Below, piece after piece: positions 1 through 16,424 of a stretch of 64,000 nucleotides of DNA. Made by a program: the position numbers and the translations under genes. The notes below the pieces were generated by a model, which saw only the letters and a program-made list of their open reading frames with translations, was not told where the DNA came from and searched no databases. How positions within the stretch are numbered: the stretch's first letter is position 1; each line of letters begins with the position of its first letter. Origin of the DNA: the human T2T-CHM13v2.0 reference genome, Homo sapiens. The stretch lies in assembly GCF_009914755.1 (NCBI RefSeq), contig NC_060926.1; one strand, 5' to 3'.

Positions 1-812
<812 letters not shown>

Positions 813-1340
813 AGTTTGGGAGCTGGGATTCAAACCTAGGCAGCCTGTGTACCATTATGCTACCTGATCTGGGTTCAAAGGCTGCTGGGGAGGCAGTCAC
901 TGGGCTCAGGAGGAACTGAGAACCAGGCCAGGGTAGAGATTGGGAGAGGGAGGTGGCAGTTGTCTCTCACATGCCCAGCACTAAGCAGTCTTTCTCAAGA
1001 ATTTCAGTGAGATCCGAAATCCCACCATTAGCATGGTGACACTCTTGGTCATAGCTCAGCATTATTTAGGAGTTCCTACAGTTGCCCATACTCCTGGGAG
1101 AGACAAGACTCCAAATCATTGTTACTTTATAACTTCCCTGAGTGAATTTACAAATGCTTTTCCAGAGGGAACCACCAGATGAGTTCACGTTCCAGTGGGA
1201 ATTGGAGAGTGTCTGGAAGACTCTGAAAGTGCTGTGGGTAGCAGGGATCAGGGGAATACAAACCAAGGAACAAGCCTAGTGTGTCTGGGATTGGTGAGCA
1301 GCCCAGTGTACCTAAGCAGAGAAGGCTTCACCCCTGGGGG

Positions 1341-1875
1341 TGTGATGGTTTTAAAATATGTCTACAAATTCTTCAATACTTCTGCCTTCAAAAAGTGGAG
1401 GTCAACTGCCCTTCCCTTGAGTATGAGCTGAGCTTAGTGTCTTCGTCTAGTGAGTATGACGAGGCAGATATGACAGGGTATGACTGCAGAGACTATGTTA
1501 TAAAGGATGCCGAGGCTTCTTCCTTGTTTTTGCTCACTCTCTTATATTACTTGCTCTCAGGAGATTAGCTGCCATGTTGTAAGGATGCCCAAGCAGCTTA
1601 TGGAGAAGCCTGCATGGTAAGGACATGAGGGCTCCCCCAGCAGTCATGTCAGGAGCCACCTTAGAAACAAATCCTCCATGCCCAGGCAAGCTTTCAGATT
1701 ACATAGTTATCCCTGACAACATCCTGACTGCAACCACATGCCTAACCTGGAGCCAGAGACACCCACAAAGCCACTCTTGAATTTCTGACCCACAGGAACT
1801 ATAAGAATAAATCATTGTTGTTTTAAGCCACTGGGTTTTGGGGTAATACACTTTACCACTACAGATAATTAATAT
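1341..1875 (+). mobile_element. MaLR solo LTR (MLT1F/G-like)
   Basis: Starts tgtgatggttttaaaatatgtc...cccttgagtatgagctg and ends ttgttgttttaagccactgggttttggggtaat...cagataattaata. Confidence 0.8.
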
Positions 1876-2089
1876 GGGAGTAGGAGGAAATCTGGTAGAA
1901 GCAGCACATTCCCACTCATGGAGGGCTTTCAACACCAATAAGCCAGCTTTGGTCTTCATGTCTTATGAGGAGTCAAGGAACATTTCAAGACATGAAATGA
2001 AGTAGGGAAAAGAAACAAGAACACATTCCTCTTGGCCACGGAGAAGAGGAAAATGCATATTTCTGATGTCTCAAAAGCTTTCTCTAGCC

Positions 2090-2312
2090 CAGTGATTCTC
2101 AGCTAGGGTTGATTTTTGCCCCCTGAGGGACATTTATCAATGTCTGGAGACATTTCTGATTGTTATAACTGGGGCAGGAGGGGGCACACTACTGTCATCT
2201 GGTGGAAAGAGGCCAGGGAGACTGCTAAGCATCCTACAGCACACAGGTCTGTCCTGCAAAAAGAGAACCATTTGGCCCAAAGTATCAGTAGTCCCAACAC
2301 TGAGAAACCCTG
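2090..2312. mobile_element. MER20 (hAT-Charlie MITE)
   Basis: Termini cagtgattctc...gagaaaccctg. The 8-bp TSD ctctagcc/gtctagcc fits the hAT NTCTAGAN preference. Confidence 0.88.
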
Positions 2313-2539
2313 GTCTAGCCTTGCCTTGAACCACTATCTCCCTTGAAATGTCTGAGGATCTGAGCTTCTCCAGAGTTGCAGTCACCATTTTTACTCCTAT
2401 ACTGAAACACTTACCAATTTTGAAAACTCAGAGGAAAATAAATCCATGTTCAAGCAGGTAGACCTTGCCCAGTTTCAAGGAGTCTAAGACATGGCTGTGG
2501 GCATAGACTAACCTCTTCCATGGCTTTTCAGAGCCAAGT

Positions 2540-2900
2540 AGTCAGAATAAGGTAGATTATGCCACGGTAACACATTAATTCTGAAATCTCAGTGCCTTGA
2601 AACAAAAGGATTTATTTCTCATTAACATCACAGTCCAGTGAAAACATAGGAGTCTCTCCTCCAAGCAGTGACTCAGTTTCCAAAGGTTGCTTCCATCTGT
2701 GGTGCTTTCGTCCTTTCTCATTGGTATCCTCCACTGGCCGATAGTGGAAAGAGAGAGAAAGGAGGACCATGCTAGGGAGATGTTATGGCCAGTCCTGGAA
2801 ATGCCTACATTCTATTGGCCAGAACAAGGTAACTGCAAGAGAGGTCCCATCTAACTGCAAGAGAGGCTGGGAAATATAGTTCAACTCTGAGCCCATGCAG
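2540..2900 (-). mobile_element. Old MaLR LTR (MLT1K/L-like)
   Basis: Motifs agtcagaataaggtagattatgc...aaatctcagtgccttgaaacaaaaggatttatttctc and ctaactgcaagagaggctgggaaatatagt. Confidence 0.65.
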
Positions 2901-4835
2901 GCAAAAAAAGTGGACATTGGTCAACACAAGCAAGATCAGCTCCCTGGTATAGTCCCTTCTGGACTTCACCACCAAGGCCCCACACTCAGAACACAGGCCT
3001 GGCCTAAGCCCATTGATACAACTCCAAGAGAGTTCATTGATAAAGAAAGAAGCAGAGCCTGTCATCATGGGCACGTTGCCATGAAGGAGGGGAGACAGCA
3101 AAGGACTCCTACCCATTCTTTTTGCCTCCACAGTCAGCTATACAGGGGACCTCATTACTCTTTGGTTCAGGAAGATAATGGGAGATAGGCCCCTTAACCA
3201 CAGACCCAAGTCAGGTAAGCACTGATCTCTGGAAGAACCTCTTTTCAGACATCCTTGACTACAATTTTGTCTCTCAGTTCTCAATTCCACATCAAGGGCT
3301 TTTGAACTTCATATGTGCTTCCAAAATGAAAAGCAAATCTGAAAGTTACCTTGGAATACAGCCTTCTCATATCCTCAGCCCAGAACACTGTGCAGTACTT
3401 TACCATTCACCTCAAGCAAAGGTACAGCTGAAGCTGTGTGAAGGTCGAAAGCTTAGTCATTTGATAAAAAGGAGAGGCTCAAAAAGGTGAGTGTTGAAGA
3501 TGAAAATGGAAGTTCATCTATGAATACTGTTTATATATGTTACTTTGAACATATATTTCATTAATGTTTTTTATGATCTAATTCTGTATTCTCAATTTAA
3601 AATAGTAAATATAACATTATTGGGATAAAAAAATAAAGGTACACCCATTTGACATGTGTACCCCAAATGGAATCAATTCACCCCAGCCCAGTTCCTCATA
3701 GCCACCATTCAAGAAGTTTGGATTTCACTTCTTTTTCTCCTTCCTTCTCAGGCCTGAGAAGCAACACATCTCCCCCGTGCCTACCCCAAACCTCCACTAG
3801 CTTTCAGCCATGGGGGTGTGCTCTGCAATCCTATAGCACATGCTGGAATACAGTTTGAATACAAGATGCTACAGGTAATAAAGTTTATCAGAATGGCTTG
3901 TCATTACTTTGCATCATTATACAATTACTGCAGCTTTGGAAGGTAATAAATCATTGCACAGGTGACAAATTGAGAAGCTAAGAAAGACAGTTTTTCTCAC
4001 AGATAAAGCAACCGCTGCCACTAACGAGATGTGGCGATTTGGTGGTCAAACTTTTAAAAAGTGTCCTGTGGTCCTGAGAGTGTCAGTAGGAAGGCCATCC
4101 ACATCTGAAAGCATGCCAAGCCATTTCCAAGACTACAGAGGAGCGTGAAACTCCAACAGCTCCGAAAATGCGTGTCCTAGTTTTACTCCTTGATTGCCAA
4201 GAGGGAGCCTTATACCAATAACTGAATTCCAGATAGTCCAAACTTCATTGGCTCAGAATAATGGCCCAGACAGCCCTTTATTCACTCAACTCAACTCAGA
4301 GATGTCTCCAAAGAAGCCTGTTTATGTGTGCATGCACGTGTGTGTGCTTGTGTTTTAAGTAGTCTGAGTGCTAAACTGCCTCTGTGTAATTTTCTAACAC
4401 ACTAAGTTTTCTGTTTTGTTTTGTTTTTTACACTTGGGTAATAAAAAAATAGCACAGCATATTTTCTGCAGACATAAAAAATAGATCTCCAGACTAAAAT
4501 CAAGCAGGAGATGTTTTAGTCCAAAAAAACAATACTCTAGGAGGGAATGCATGCAGGATATGAGAGGTTTAGAAAAGGATAACTGGTTCCACTCCACTGC
4601 GGCATTGATGTCTGTGCTAGATGAGATGCTGCAGACGCTCTCCAAATTAATCAATGGGCTCCTAGAGTATGAGGAAGGAGTCAGCAAGAACCCCTCCCAG
4701 AAAGTTCTAGTAAAGCCTTATATTTGATGACTAACCTGTACCACTATATAAGAAAGTATTTTTGCTTTTGATGAACAAGCCAAGTAGCTAGGGCCTGGAA
4801 GTGGGACATTCTGGGTTGGGAAACTGGGCTCCAGA

Positions 4836-5028
4836 GAAAATGTTCTCAAAATGTGGTCCCCAGACCAAGAGCATCAGCATCATTTGGGGACTTCTTAAGA
4901 AATTCGAATTCTTGGACTCCACTTTGGATCTACTAAATTAGCAAGGCTCTGTGGTTGGGAGCTAGCAATCTGTGTTTCGACAATCCCTTCAGACAATTGC
5001 GATACATGCTCAAGTTTGAGAACCAGTG
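4836..5028. mobile_element. MER5A (hAT-Charlie MITE)
   Basis: ttctcaaaatgtggtccccagacc...agcatcagcatc...ctcaagtttgagaaccagtg. Confidence 0.85.
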
Positions 5029-7354
5029 CTTGAGAAAAATGGGAGATTAGTTTCAGGATCCAAAGGACCCAGGAATAGAGACACCCAGGCCATGCACCCC
5101 TCCGATGCACTACTTCAGCCTATTATTGTAAATTGTCCCTTCATGCAGGGCTGCCACATCTGATTGTGCAAGTTGAGCACTGCATAAATTCTCCCTGACC
5201 AGGGATTAATTAGAAGACTAAAGTATAGGCCATGCCGGCTTCTAAGTCATGAACTTGATGGGCTACATATCCCCTGAAGGAGTGCTTTTATCTAAAATAT
5301 GCAAAGATATCATATAGCCTGGCAGCTCATGTACCTTCACCTCTTTATTCAAATAAATCTCGACCTTCAAGATGAAAAGAAGATAAACTGCAGCTGGAAA
5401 TCAGAGTCTTATCCTTTCAGATAGACAGATAAGCAACTTAACTATGAATGGTGACTTCATTCCTCATAGTGACTTGAGTACATAAAGCCAGGTTCCCACG
5501 GCCAATCTCGACTCAAGCCAAAATGAATTACAAAACAAAACTCTGAAGTTCCTGGCCCTACAAGCCATCCTCCAGCCTGCACCCATCCTGCAATCAGGGT
5601 TCTTGATTTTAAAGTAATGCTTGGCTCTATTGAATCCTTCTAAGGTCCAGAGCCAGGAAACCACCCTAAATGACAACAGGGCTGTGTGGGGCCCACACAG
5701 AGTTCATTCAGAGAGGTCCTTTCTCATCTGGGGAAAGGCATCAGGGTATATTTTATAGGCCTCTGTGACCTCCTACATAAAGCATCAATACTTTCACCCA
5801 TGAAACTTCCCAAGGTCCTAGCATCTCTAAGGACAGGCAGAGTCTTCTCTCTAAGTTAAACAAGGTGGCTAAGTGTTCTGGAAAAGGTTCTGTTTTTCCT
5901 CTAACACCAACCCTTCCAGAAAAAGGCCACCAAGAGGTGGTCCAGTCCACACCTGCTCAGCCCTATGGCTCTATTCCATCACCGAGAAAACCCACTGGGT
6001 TGAGGGGATCCGGTAGGGAGGTATTTCAAACCCTCTACTTCATTCCCATTGTTCACCACATGCAGAAAAATGATCATTTTGTGTGTTACACTCTGGGTAA
6101 TCAATTCCAATCCCCTGGAGATTTCCTGGGCCTGCTAAGCACATTTATTCTCCTGTTTCTAATCTATTCCTTTGATTTTCACAACTTGAACATACTGTCA
6201 TCATTTTAAAGGAGGGGAGAGAACAGGAAATGAGAAAGCAAGGGCAGAGGGAGCAGAAGAGAGGGAGGGAGAAAGAGCTTGATCCTGCCATTCTCCAGCT
6301 TTCAAAGCCCCTTTGTCTGTAAGACAAAATGCCTGTGCCCCCCTCATTCAAGGTCTTAACAGCCTGGCTCCAAAGCTTGTCTGTGCACGTCTATGCTGAG
6401 TTTCCAAGGGTGAGTGTAATGACAGTGATAATATAACAATATCATCATTATCATCAGAACTGGGCGGGTCTAGACTAAATACTGGAATGTGGCTGACACT
6501 CAGCTTGAAGACTCACAATAACCACACCAGAGTAGTCACTATTATTATCACTATTTCCTGATAAAATTGTAGCCCAAAGAGGTTAAATAAATTGCTGAAG
6601 ATCAATTAGCTAGTAAGTGAAAAATCTGAAATTTGGGCTCCAGCATTCTGACACCACAACCCCAACCTCCTAATAACTAGTTTAAGCTTTTTCTGACATG
6701 GAACTCCTGGGCCCCTCTGGACCCTGGACTTCTTGCACACCTTACAATGGGAGACTAGAGGAAGCTACAGTTCAGGACTGAATTTTCTCCCCCAGGCCGA
6801 GACTGTCTGCCCCGGTCCTCAGCCTCAAGTCAGAAGAAGGCTTGTATATATAGCCACTGGATCTAAAACAAGCCAGAAATACAGAAATATTTGGGACTCC
6901 CAGAGTCCCAGCACCTAACTCAAGATTTCACAAACTAGTTGCTCAATAAATATTTGTTGAATGAACACGCTCTCAGATTCATATTCCATGAATTGTCAAG
7001 CACTTATATGTCAGGCAATGTGCTAGATGATTTCTTGAATGTTACCTCATCTAGGCATTGCAGAAATTCAAAAAAGTATTTATATCCCGTTTTCAGATGA
7101 GGGTGCTGGAGTTCAGAAAAGGAGGTGACTTGAATCTTGACTGTGGATTCATAATTGTGGGAAAGGAAGAGTTTGTGAAAAGCAGGAGCTACTTAGGGAA
7201 GCCCAACTCTCAGTCAACACTAATGTGACTGCTTTATATTCCCACCCCTCCGCCCCTCTTAAATGTCTTTTCCTGGTTACCTGAATTTTTACTTCACTGC
7301 TGAATTCAATTCCTCAAATAGAAATACCTCCAGGAGGTTTATTAAGTGCTCCCA

Positions 7355-7877
7355 TAATATTGCTGCATAACAAATCCCCTCAAAACGTAATGGCTTAAAA
7401 GAACCATTTTATTTTACTCACCATCTTGTGGGTCAGGAATGTGGAAAGGGCTTGTGTGGGCAGTTCTCACTTGGGGTCTTTCATGCAGTAGAGGAAAGAT
7501 GGTAGCCGGAGCTGTGCCATATGAAGGTTCAACCAACTGGACACCCAAGATGGCTCACTCACGTGGGGGCAGCTGGTGCTGGCTGTGGGCTGGGGCTCAG
7601 CTGGGCTGCGGAATGGAATCTTCATATGTAGTCTCTCCAGCATGGTGGCCTCAGGGTGGCCAAACTCTTACATGGCACCTGGCGTCCCCCAGGGTATATG
7701 TCCCAAGAGAGCCAGGCAGAAGCTATTTGGCTCTGTTGAGCTAGCCTTGGAAGTCACCCAGAGTCACTTCCACCACATTTGATTAAACAATCACATGACC
7801 AGCCAGATTCAAAAAGAGGGAATGACCCCTTTATGGAAAGAATGTCAAAGAATTTGCAGCCATTATTTTAATGCCAC
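7355..7877 (-). mobile_element. MaLR LTR (MLT1H/I/J-like)
   Basis: tattgctgcataacaaatc...taatggcttaaaagaacc...gggtcaggaat, ending tttgcagccattattttaatgccaca. Confidence 0.75.
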
Positions 7878-7929
7878 ATGAAGCTATCCATCATTCACCC
7901 CAGTGTACATTTAAGCCTGCCTGATTCCT

Positions 7930-8490
7930 CTGTGGGAAAGACGGTCTCCAAAGATGGCCACTGTCCACTCCTTCCCTCACTGTCACACACATGCTGCTTT
8001 CCTCAGAAGGCGACATCTGTTTCCCTTCTCTTTGAATCTGGGTTAGCCTTAAGACTTGCCTTGATCAATACGGCAGGTAGCAGAGTGACTCTGCAGTTAT
8101 TGGTCTAGGCTTTAAAAAGACTAGCAGCCTCTACTTCTGCTGGGAGAAGCCAGATACCATGTAGAAATGAATGAAACTGCTCAGACCACCATGCAATGAG
8201 GAAGCCCAGGCTGACCTCATGAAGAGGCCATGAGGAGGAGGACCAGGGAGCCCAGAGAGCAGCCAGAACCAGAGACCCAAACATACAACCCCGCTGAGCC
8301 TCCCTGGCTGGATTTTGCCACATGAGCCTTTCTAGTCAAGACCAGACACCATGAGCACAATAATGGTTAATTGTGTCCACTTCGCCTTATACAAATTCCT
8401 GGCCCACGAGAGCATAAGGAGATAAAATGATGGTTGTTTCAAGCTGATAAATTTTAACATTGTTTATTGAGCATCAACAGATAATGGAAA
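7930..8490 (+). mobile_element. MaLR LTR (MLT1G/H-like)
   Basis: tgtggg...tccaaagatggcc...tcccttctctttgaatctggg, ending ggttgtttcaagc...caacagataatggaa. Confidence 0.7.
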
Positions 8491-9459
8491 TATTTTCTAA
8501 CCACTTCCCAAGACTAGCCACATCATACTTTTGAAGGGGAAGAACCTGAAAGCTCTGCATTCAGAAGGCTGACTTGGGGGAGGCAGGGGTCAGAGGGGAT
8601 GGAGCTGTCACTTGGACAAGGCGGGCAGCATGCGGGGCAGAGCAGGGTGAGGTTGCCAGAGGGAACCTGGGAGAAAGCAAAGGACATGCCTGACCTGTTT
8701 CAAAGTTTTGCCCAGAAAAATAATGGAAAAGGGATTCTTTTTCCTTCTCTAACTTCTCCTCCCTCATCTCCACTGACCCTCCTCCCAAGACACAGGGAGA
8801 TCAGATTATGTATTAAACTAAATTTTTAACTCATTTTATTTCATATGTGAAATATTTCAAACATACAGAAAATAACAGAAAACAATTTAACAAACACTGT
8901 TGTACTTACCACCCAGCATCTAAATAGACTTTTGAGGAGTAGTGGAGAATCTTAATCAGTTTTCATAGCACTGCTATTTACAGGAAAATATGTTCTACCT
9001 TCTAAAAAAACTGACTTGGGGATGAATTCCTGGAAGACCCCTGGCACTCAACAAATGGGATTGAGTATCTGCTTCTGGCAGGTCCCAAAGTAATGCCACT
9101 GAATCCATCTTCCATATCCATAATCCTTCCCCTTCCCCCCACCACTCAGGTGTCCAGAGCAGTTACACAGACACAGTGCGGGGCTGCTTCTCACTGAGCC
9201 ACTCTGAACCTGCACCTTTGGCACCCCACCATTACTGCCATTTCTACCTTATTCATAAGATGTCCCTGTCCTGTGTTCCACCCCTAAAACAGATGATAGC
9301 CAGCCAATTTTATGGACCACTCCAGACCTTGTACTAATAAGGAAGGGTGTCACTTTCCCAAGTTTGGATGTTTGCAAGTTAATGAGTGCCTTCTAGAAGA
9401 GATGCAGTACAACTCAGAGCAGGGCCCTGATTCTGGGCATGGAACTACAGGAGATATTT

Positions 9460-9938
9460 ATGGGGTGTGTTGGAATCTTCCATTTGCACCTCCAGATCCA
9501 CTCTCTATTCTTCTTTCCCTGGAAGGCTGACCTACATGGATAAGATCAGGGGCTTCCTTGCTTCTGTCTTTCTAATTGGGTTTAAGCAATGAAGGTGGGG
9601 TGGTACCTGCAGGAGATAAGAAAAAGGAAGGAGAGTTCAGCTGGGGTTATTCATCCCCCTGGTTCTCTCCCTGTGGAGTCACCACAGACTGTCCCTGACC
9701 CAAGCCTGCACTCCCATTAGGCAGCCAGTCCACACAGCTTTCCTGTTCTGGGTTCCAGGAACTGCTCCCTAACTGTGCTTTCTCAGACCTCGAAAAGGTA
9801 AGGAGCCCTGATGCTCTGCATTCTCCCCTGTGGGTTCCCTTTACCCCGTCTGCACTGCTGTACAGAGCCTATTACAGTCCCTTCAAATGACCTGATCTGA
9901 GTGTGCCATCCTTTTCCTGCTGGGACACTAACAAGACA
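9460..9938 (+). mobile_element. ERVL-class solo LTR (LTR33/LTR41-like)
   Basis: cacctccagatccactctct...ggaaggctgacc, with 3' end tgagtgtgccatccttttcctgctgggacactaacaagaca. Confidence 0.6.
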
Positions 9939-10351
9939 GGAGGAAAGTGACACCTTTTAACACCCCTCAAATCTTGCCACCATCCCCCCACTTAGGCAGA
10001 TGTTTCAGCCAGGAGCCACCAACCACACGGGTGGATAGCCCTGTCCTGTGCCCAACTGAGGAGACACAATCCTAAGGCTCTTCTCAACTACACGTGCCCT
10101 AAGCACTTCTGCTCTTGGCCACCCAGGTATGTGGTGAGGGTGGGACTGCAGGTGAGGACACATCTGCACTCCTGCTCCCACAAAATAAAGTCACCCCTAA
10201 TTCTGAGCAGCTCTCTCAAGCTTTATACTTCATAAAAAGATAGGACATATTATAAGCAAAATAGGATTTGCTAAATATAGTCTATTCAGCCGGGGGAAGG
10301 CTAAATTATTCATAACCAGACCAGGATATACAAGGCACGCTAAACACAAAT

Positions 10352-10365
10352 CCATTTTTGATTTT
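10352..10365. repeat. L1 target-site duplication, left copy
   Basis: CCATTTTTGATTTT, identical to 16411-16424. Confidence 0.95.
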
Positions 10366-10597
10366 TTTTTTTTTTACTTTTCTTTTTTTTTTATTATACT
10401 TTAAGTTTTAGGGTACATGTGCACACTGTGCAGGTTAGTTACATATGTATACATGTGCCATGCTGGTGCGCTGCACCCACTAACTCGTCATCTAGCATTA
10501 GGTATATCTCCCAATGCTATCCCTCCCCCCTCCCCCCACCCCACAACAGTCCCCAGAGTGTGATATTCCCCTTCCTGTGTCCATGTGATCTCATTGT

Positions 10598-14452
<3,855 letters not shown>

Positions 14453-14488
14453 TTAGTTGATACAGTTTCTTCCTAGTCTCGATGGTCT

Positions 14489-15505
14489 TTACATTTTGGC
14501 ATGATTTTGCAGCGGCTGGTACCGGTTGTTCCTTTCCATGTTTAGCGCTTCCTTCAGGAGCTCTTTTAGGGCAGGCCTGGTGGTGACAAAATCTCTCAGC
14601 ATTTGCTTGTCTGTAAAGTATTTTATTTCTCCTTCACTTATGAAGCTTAGTTTGGCTGGATATGAAATTCTGGGTTGAAAATTCTTTTCTTTAAGAATGT
14701 TGAATATTGGCCCCCACTCTCTTCTGGCTTGTAGGGTTTCTGCCGAGAGATCCGCTGTTAGTCTGATGGGCTTCCCTTTGAGGGTAACCCGACCTTTCTC
14801 TCTGGCTGCCCTTAACATTTTTTCCTTCATTTCAACTTTGGTGAATCTGACAATTATGTGTCTTGGAGTTGCTCTTCTCGAGGAGTATCTTTGTGGCTTT
14901 CTCTGTATTTCCTGTATCTGAACGTTGGCCTGCCTTGCTAGATTGGGGAAGTTCTCCTGGATAATATCCTGCAGAGTGTTTTCCAACTTGGTTCCATTCT
15001 CTGCATCACTTTCAGGTACACCAATCAGACGTAGATTTGGTCTTTTCACATAGTCCCATATTTCTTGGAGGCTTTGCTCATTTCTTTTTATTCTTTTTTC
15101 TCTAAACTTCCCTTCTCGCTTCATTTCATTCATTTCATCTTCCATTGCTGATACCCTTTCTTCCAGTTGATCGCATCGGCTCCTGAGGCTTCTGCATTCT
15201 TCACGTAGTTCTCGAGCCTTGGTTTTCAGCTCCATCAACTCCTTTAAGCACTTCTCTGTATTGGTTATTCTAGTTATACATTCTTCTAAATTTTTTTCAA
15301 AGTTTTCAACTACTTTGCCTTTGGTTTGAATGTCCTCCCGTAGCTCAGAGTAATTTGATCGTCTGAAGCCTTCTTCTCTCAGCTCGTCAAAATCATTCTC
15401 CATCCAGCTTTGTTCCATTGCTGGTGAGGAACTGCGTTCCTTTGGAGGAGGAGAGGCACTCTGCGTTTTAGAGTTTCCAGTTTTTCTGTTCTGTTTTTTC
15501 CCCAT
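14489..15505 (-). CDS. ORF1: LINE-1 ORF1p (coiled coil, RRM, CTD RNA-binding chaperone)
   Basis: 338-aa open frame MGKKQNRKTGNSK...QNHAKM, with the REKG, ARR and YPAKLS motifs intact. Confidence 0.98.
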   Translation of the reverse strand: MGKKQNRKTGNSKTQSASPPPKERSSSPAMEQSWMENDFDELREEGFRRSNYSELREDIQTKGKVVENFEKNLEECITRITNTEKCLKELMELKTKARELREECRSLRSRCDQLEERVSAMEDEMNEMKREGKFREKRIKRNEQSLQEIWDYVKRPNLRLIGVPESDAENGTKLENTLQDIIQENFPNLARQANVQIQEIQRKPQRYSSRRATPRHIIVRFTKVEMKEKMLRAAREKGRVTLKGKPIRLTADLSAETLQARREWGPIFNILKEKNFQPRISYPAKLSFISEGEIKYFTDKQMLRDFVTTRPALKELLKEALNMERNNRYQPLQNHAKM

Positions 15506-16410
15506 CTTTGTGGTTTTATCTACTTTTGGTCTTTGATGATGGTGATGTACAGATGGGTTTTCGGTGTGGATGTCCTTTCTGTTTGTTAGTTTTCCTTCTA
15601 ACAGACAGGACCCTCAGCTGCAGGTCTGTTGGAATACCCTGCAGTGTGAGGTGTCAGTGTGCCCCTGCTGGGGGGTGCCTCCCAGATAGGCTGCTCGGGG
15701 GTCAGGGGTCAGGGACCCACTTGAGGAGGCAGTCTGTCCGTTCTCAGATCTCCAGCTGCGTGCTGGGAGAACCACTGCTCTCTTCAAAGCTGTCAGACAG
15801 GGACACTTAAGTCTGCAGAGGTTACTGCTGTCTTTTTGTTTGTCTGTGCCCTGCCCCCAGAGGTGGAGCCTACAGAGGCAGGCAGGCCTCCTTGAGCTGT
15901 GGTGGGCTCCACCCAGTTCGAGCTCCCGGCTGCTTTGTTTACCTAGGCAAGCCTGGGCAATGGCGGGCGCCCCTCCCCCAGCCTCGCTGCCGCCTTGCAG
16001 TTTGATCTCAGACTGCTGTGCTAGCAATCAGCGAGACTCCGTGGGCGTAGGACCCTCCGAGCCAGGTGTGGGATATAGTCTCGTGGTGCGCCGTTTTTTA
16101 AGCCGGTCTGAAAAGCGCAATATTCGGGTGGGAGTGACCCGATTTTCCAGGTGCGTCTGTCACCCCTTTCTTTGACTCGGAAAGGGAACTCCCTGACCCC
16201 TTGCGCTTCCCAGGTGAGGCAGTGCCTCGCCCTGCTTCGGCTTGCGCACGGTGCGCGCACCCACTGGCCTGCACCCACTGTCTGGCACTCCCTAGTGAGA
16301 TGAACCCGGTACCTCAGATGGAAATGCAGAAATCACCTGTCTTCTGTGTCGCTCACGCTGGGAGCTGTAGACCGGAGCTGTTCCTATTCGGCCATCTTGG
16401 CTCCTCCCCC
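15506..16410 (-). promoter_or_regulatory. L1 5'UTR: internal sense promoter plus antisense promoter, CpG-rich
   Basis: The YY1 site AAGATGGCC is intact (16390-16398). SOX-type AAACAAA sites lie at ~15934-15940 and ~15835-15841. Many CpGs are retained. The 905-nt length fits the short 5'UTR type that lacks the ZNF93-bound 129-bp segment. Confidence 0.88.
15960..16175 (+). CDS. ORF0: LINE-1 antisense ORF0 (71 aa)
   Basis: ATG at 15960 gives MAGAPPPASLPPCSLISDCCASNQRDSVGVGPSEPGVGYSLVVRRFLSRSEKRNIRVGVTRFSRCVCHPFL, matching primate L1 ORF0. Splice donors CAG|GTGTGG after 16065 (ORF0 nt 106) and CAG|GTGCGT after 16150 (nt 191) are present. Confidence 0.92.
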   Translation: MAGAPPPASLPPCSLISDCCASNQRDSVGVGPSEPGVGYSLVVRRFLSRSEKRNIRVGVTRFSRCVCHPFL

Positions 16411-16424
16411 CCATTTTTGATTTT
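16411..16424. repeat. L1 target-site duplication, right copy
   Basis: CCATTTTTGATTTT, identical to 10352-10365. Confidence 0.95.

Noticed and set aside
4003-4150. Frame KATAATNEMWRFGGQTFKKCPVVLRVSVG after an acceptor-like site, vaguely like a dehydrogenase E1-beta segment
   Set aside because: The similarity is short and superficial, with no supporting neighbouring exons or donor site.
10366-10395. 3' transduction in the L1 tail
   Set aside because: There are only isolated non-A interruptions; no unique sequence lies between the tail and the TSD.
10484-10486. Calling the element a hot L1HS-Ta
   Set aside because: The diagnostic trinucleotide is GAG rather than ACA/ACG, and the terminal diagnostic base is A rather than G.
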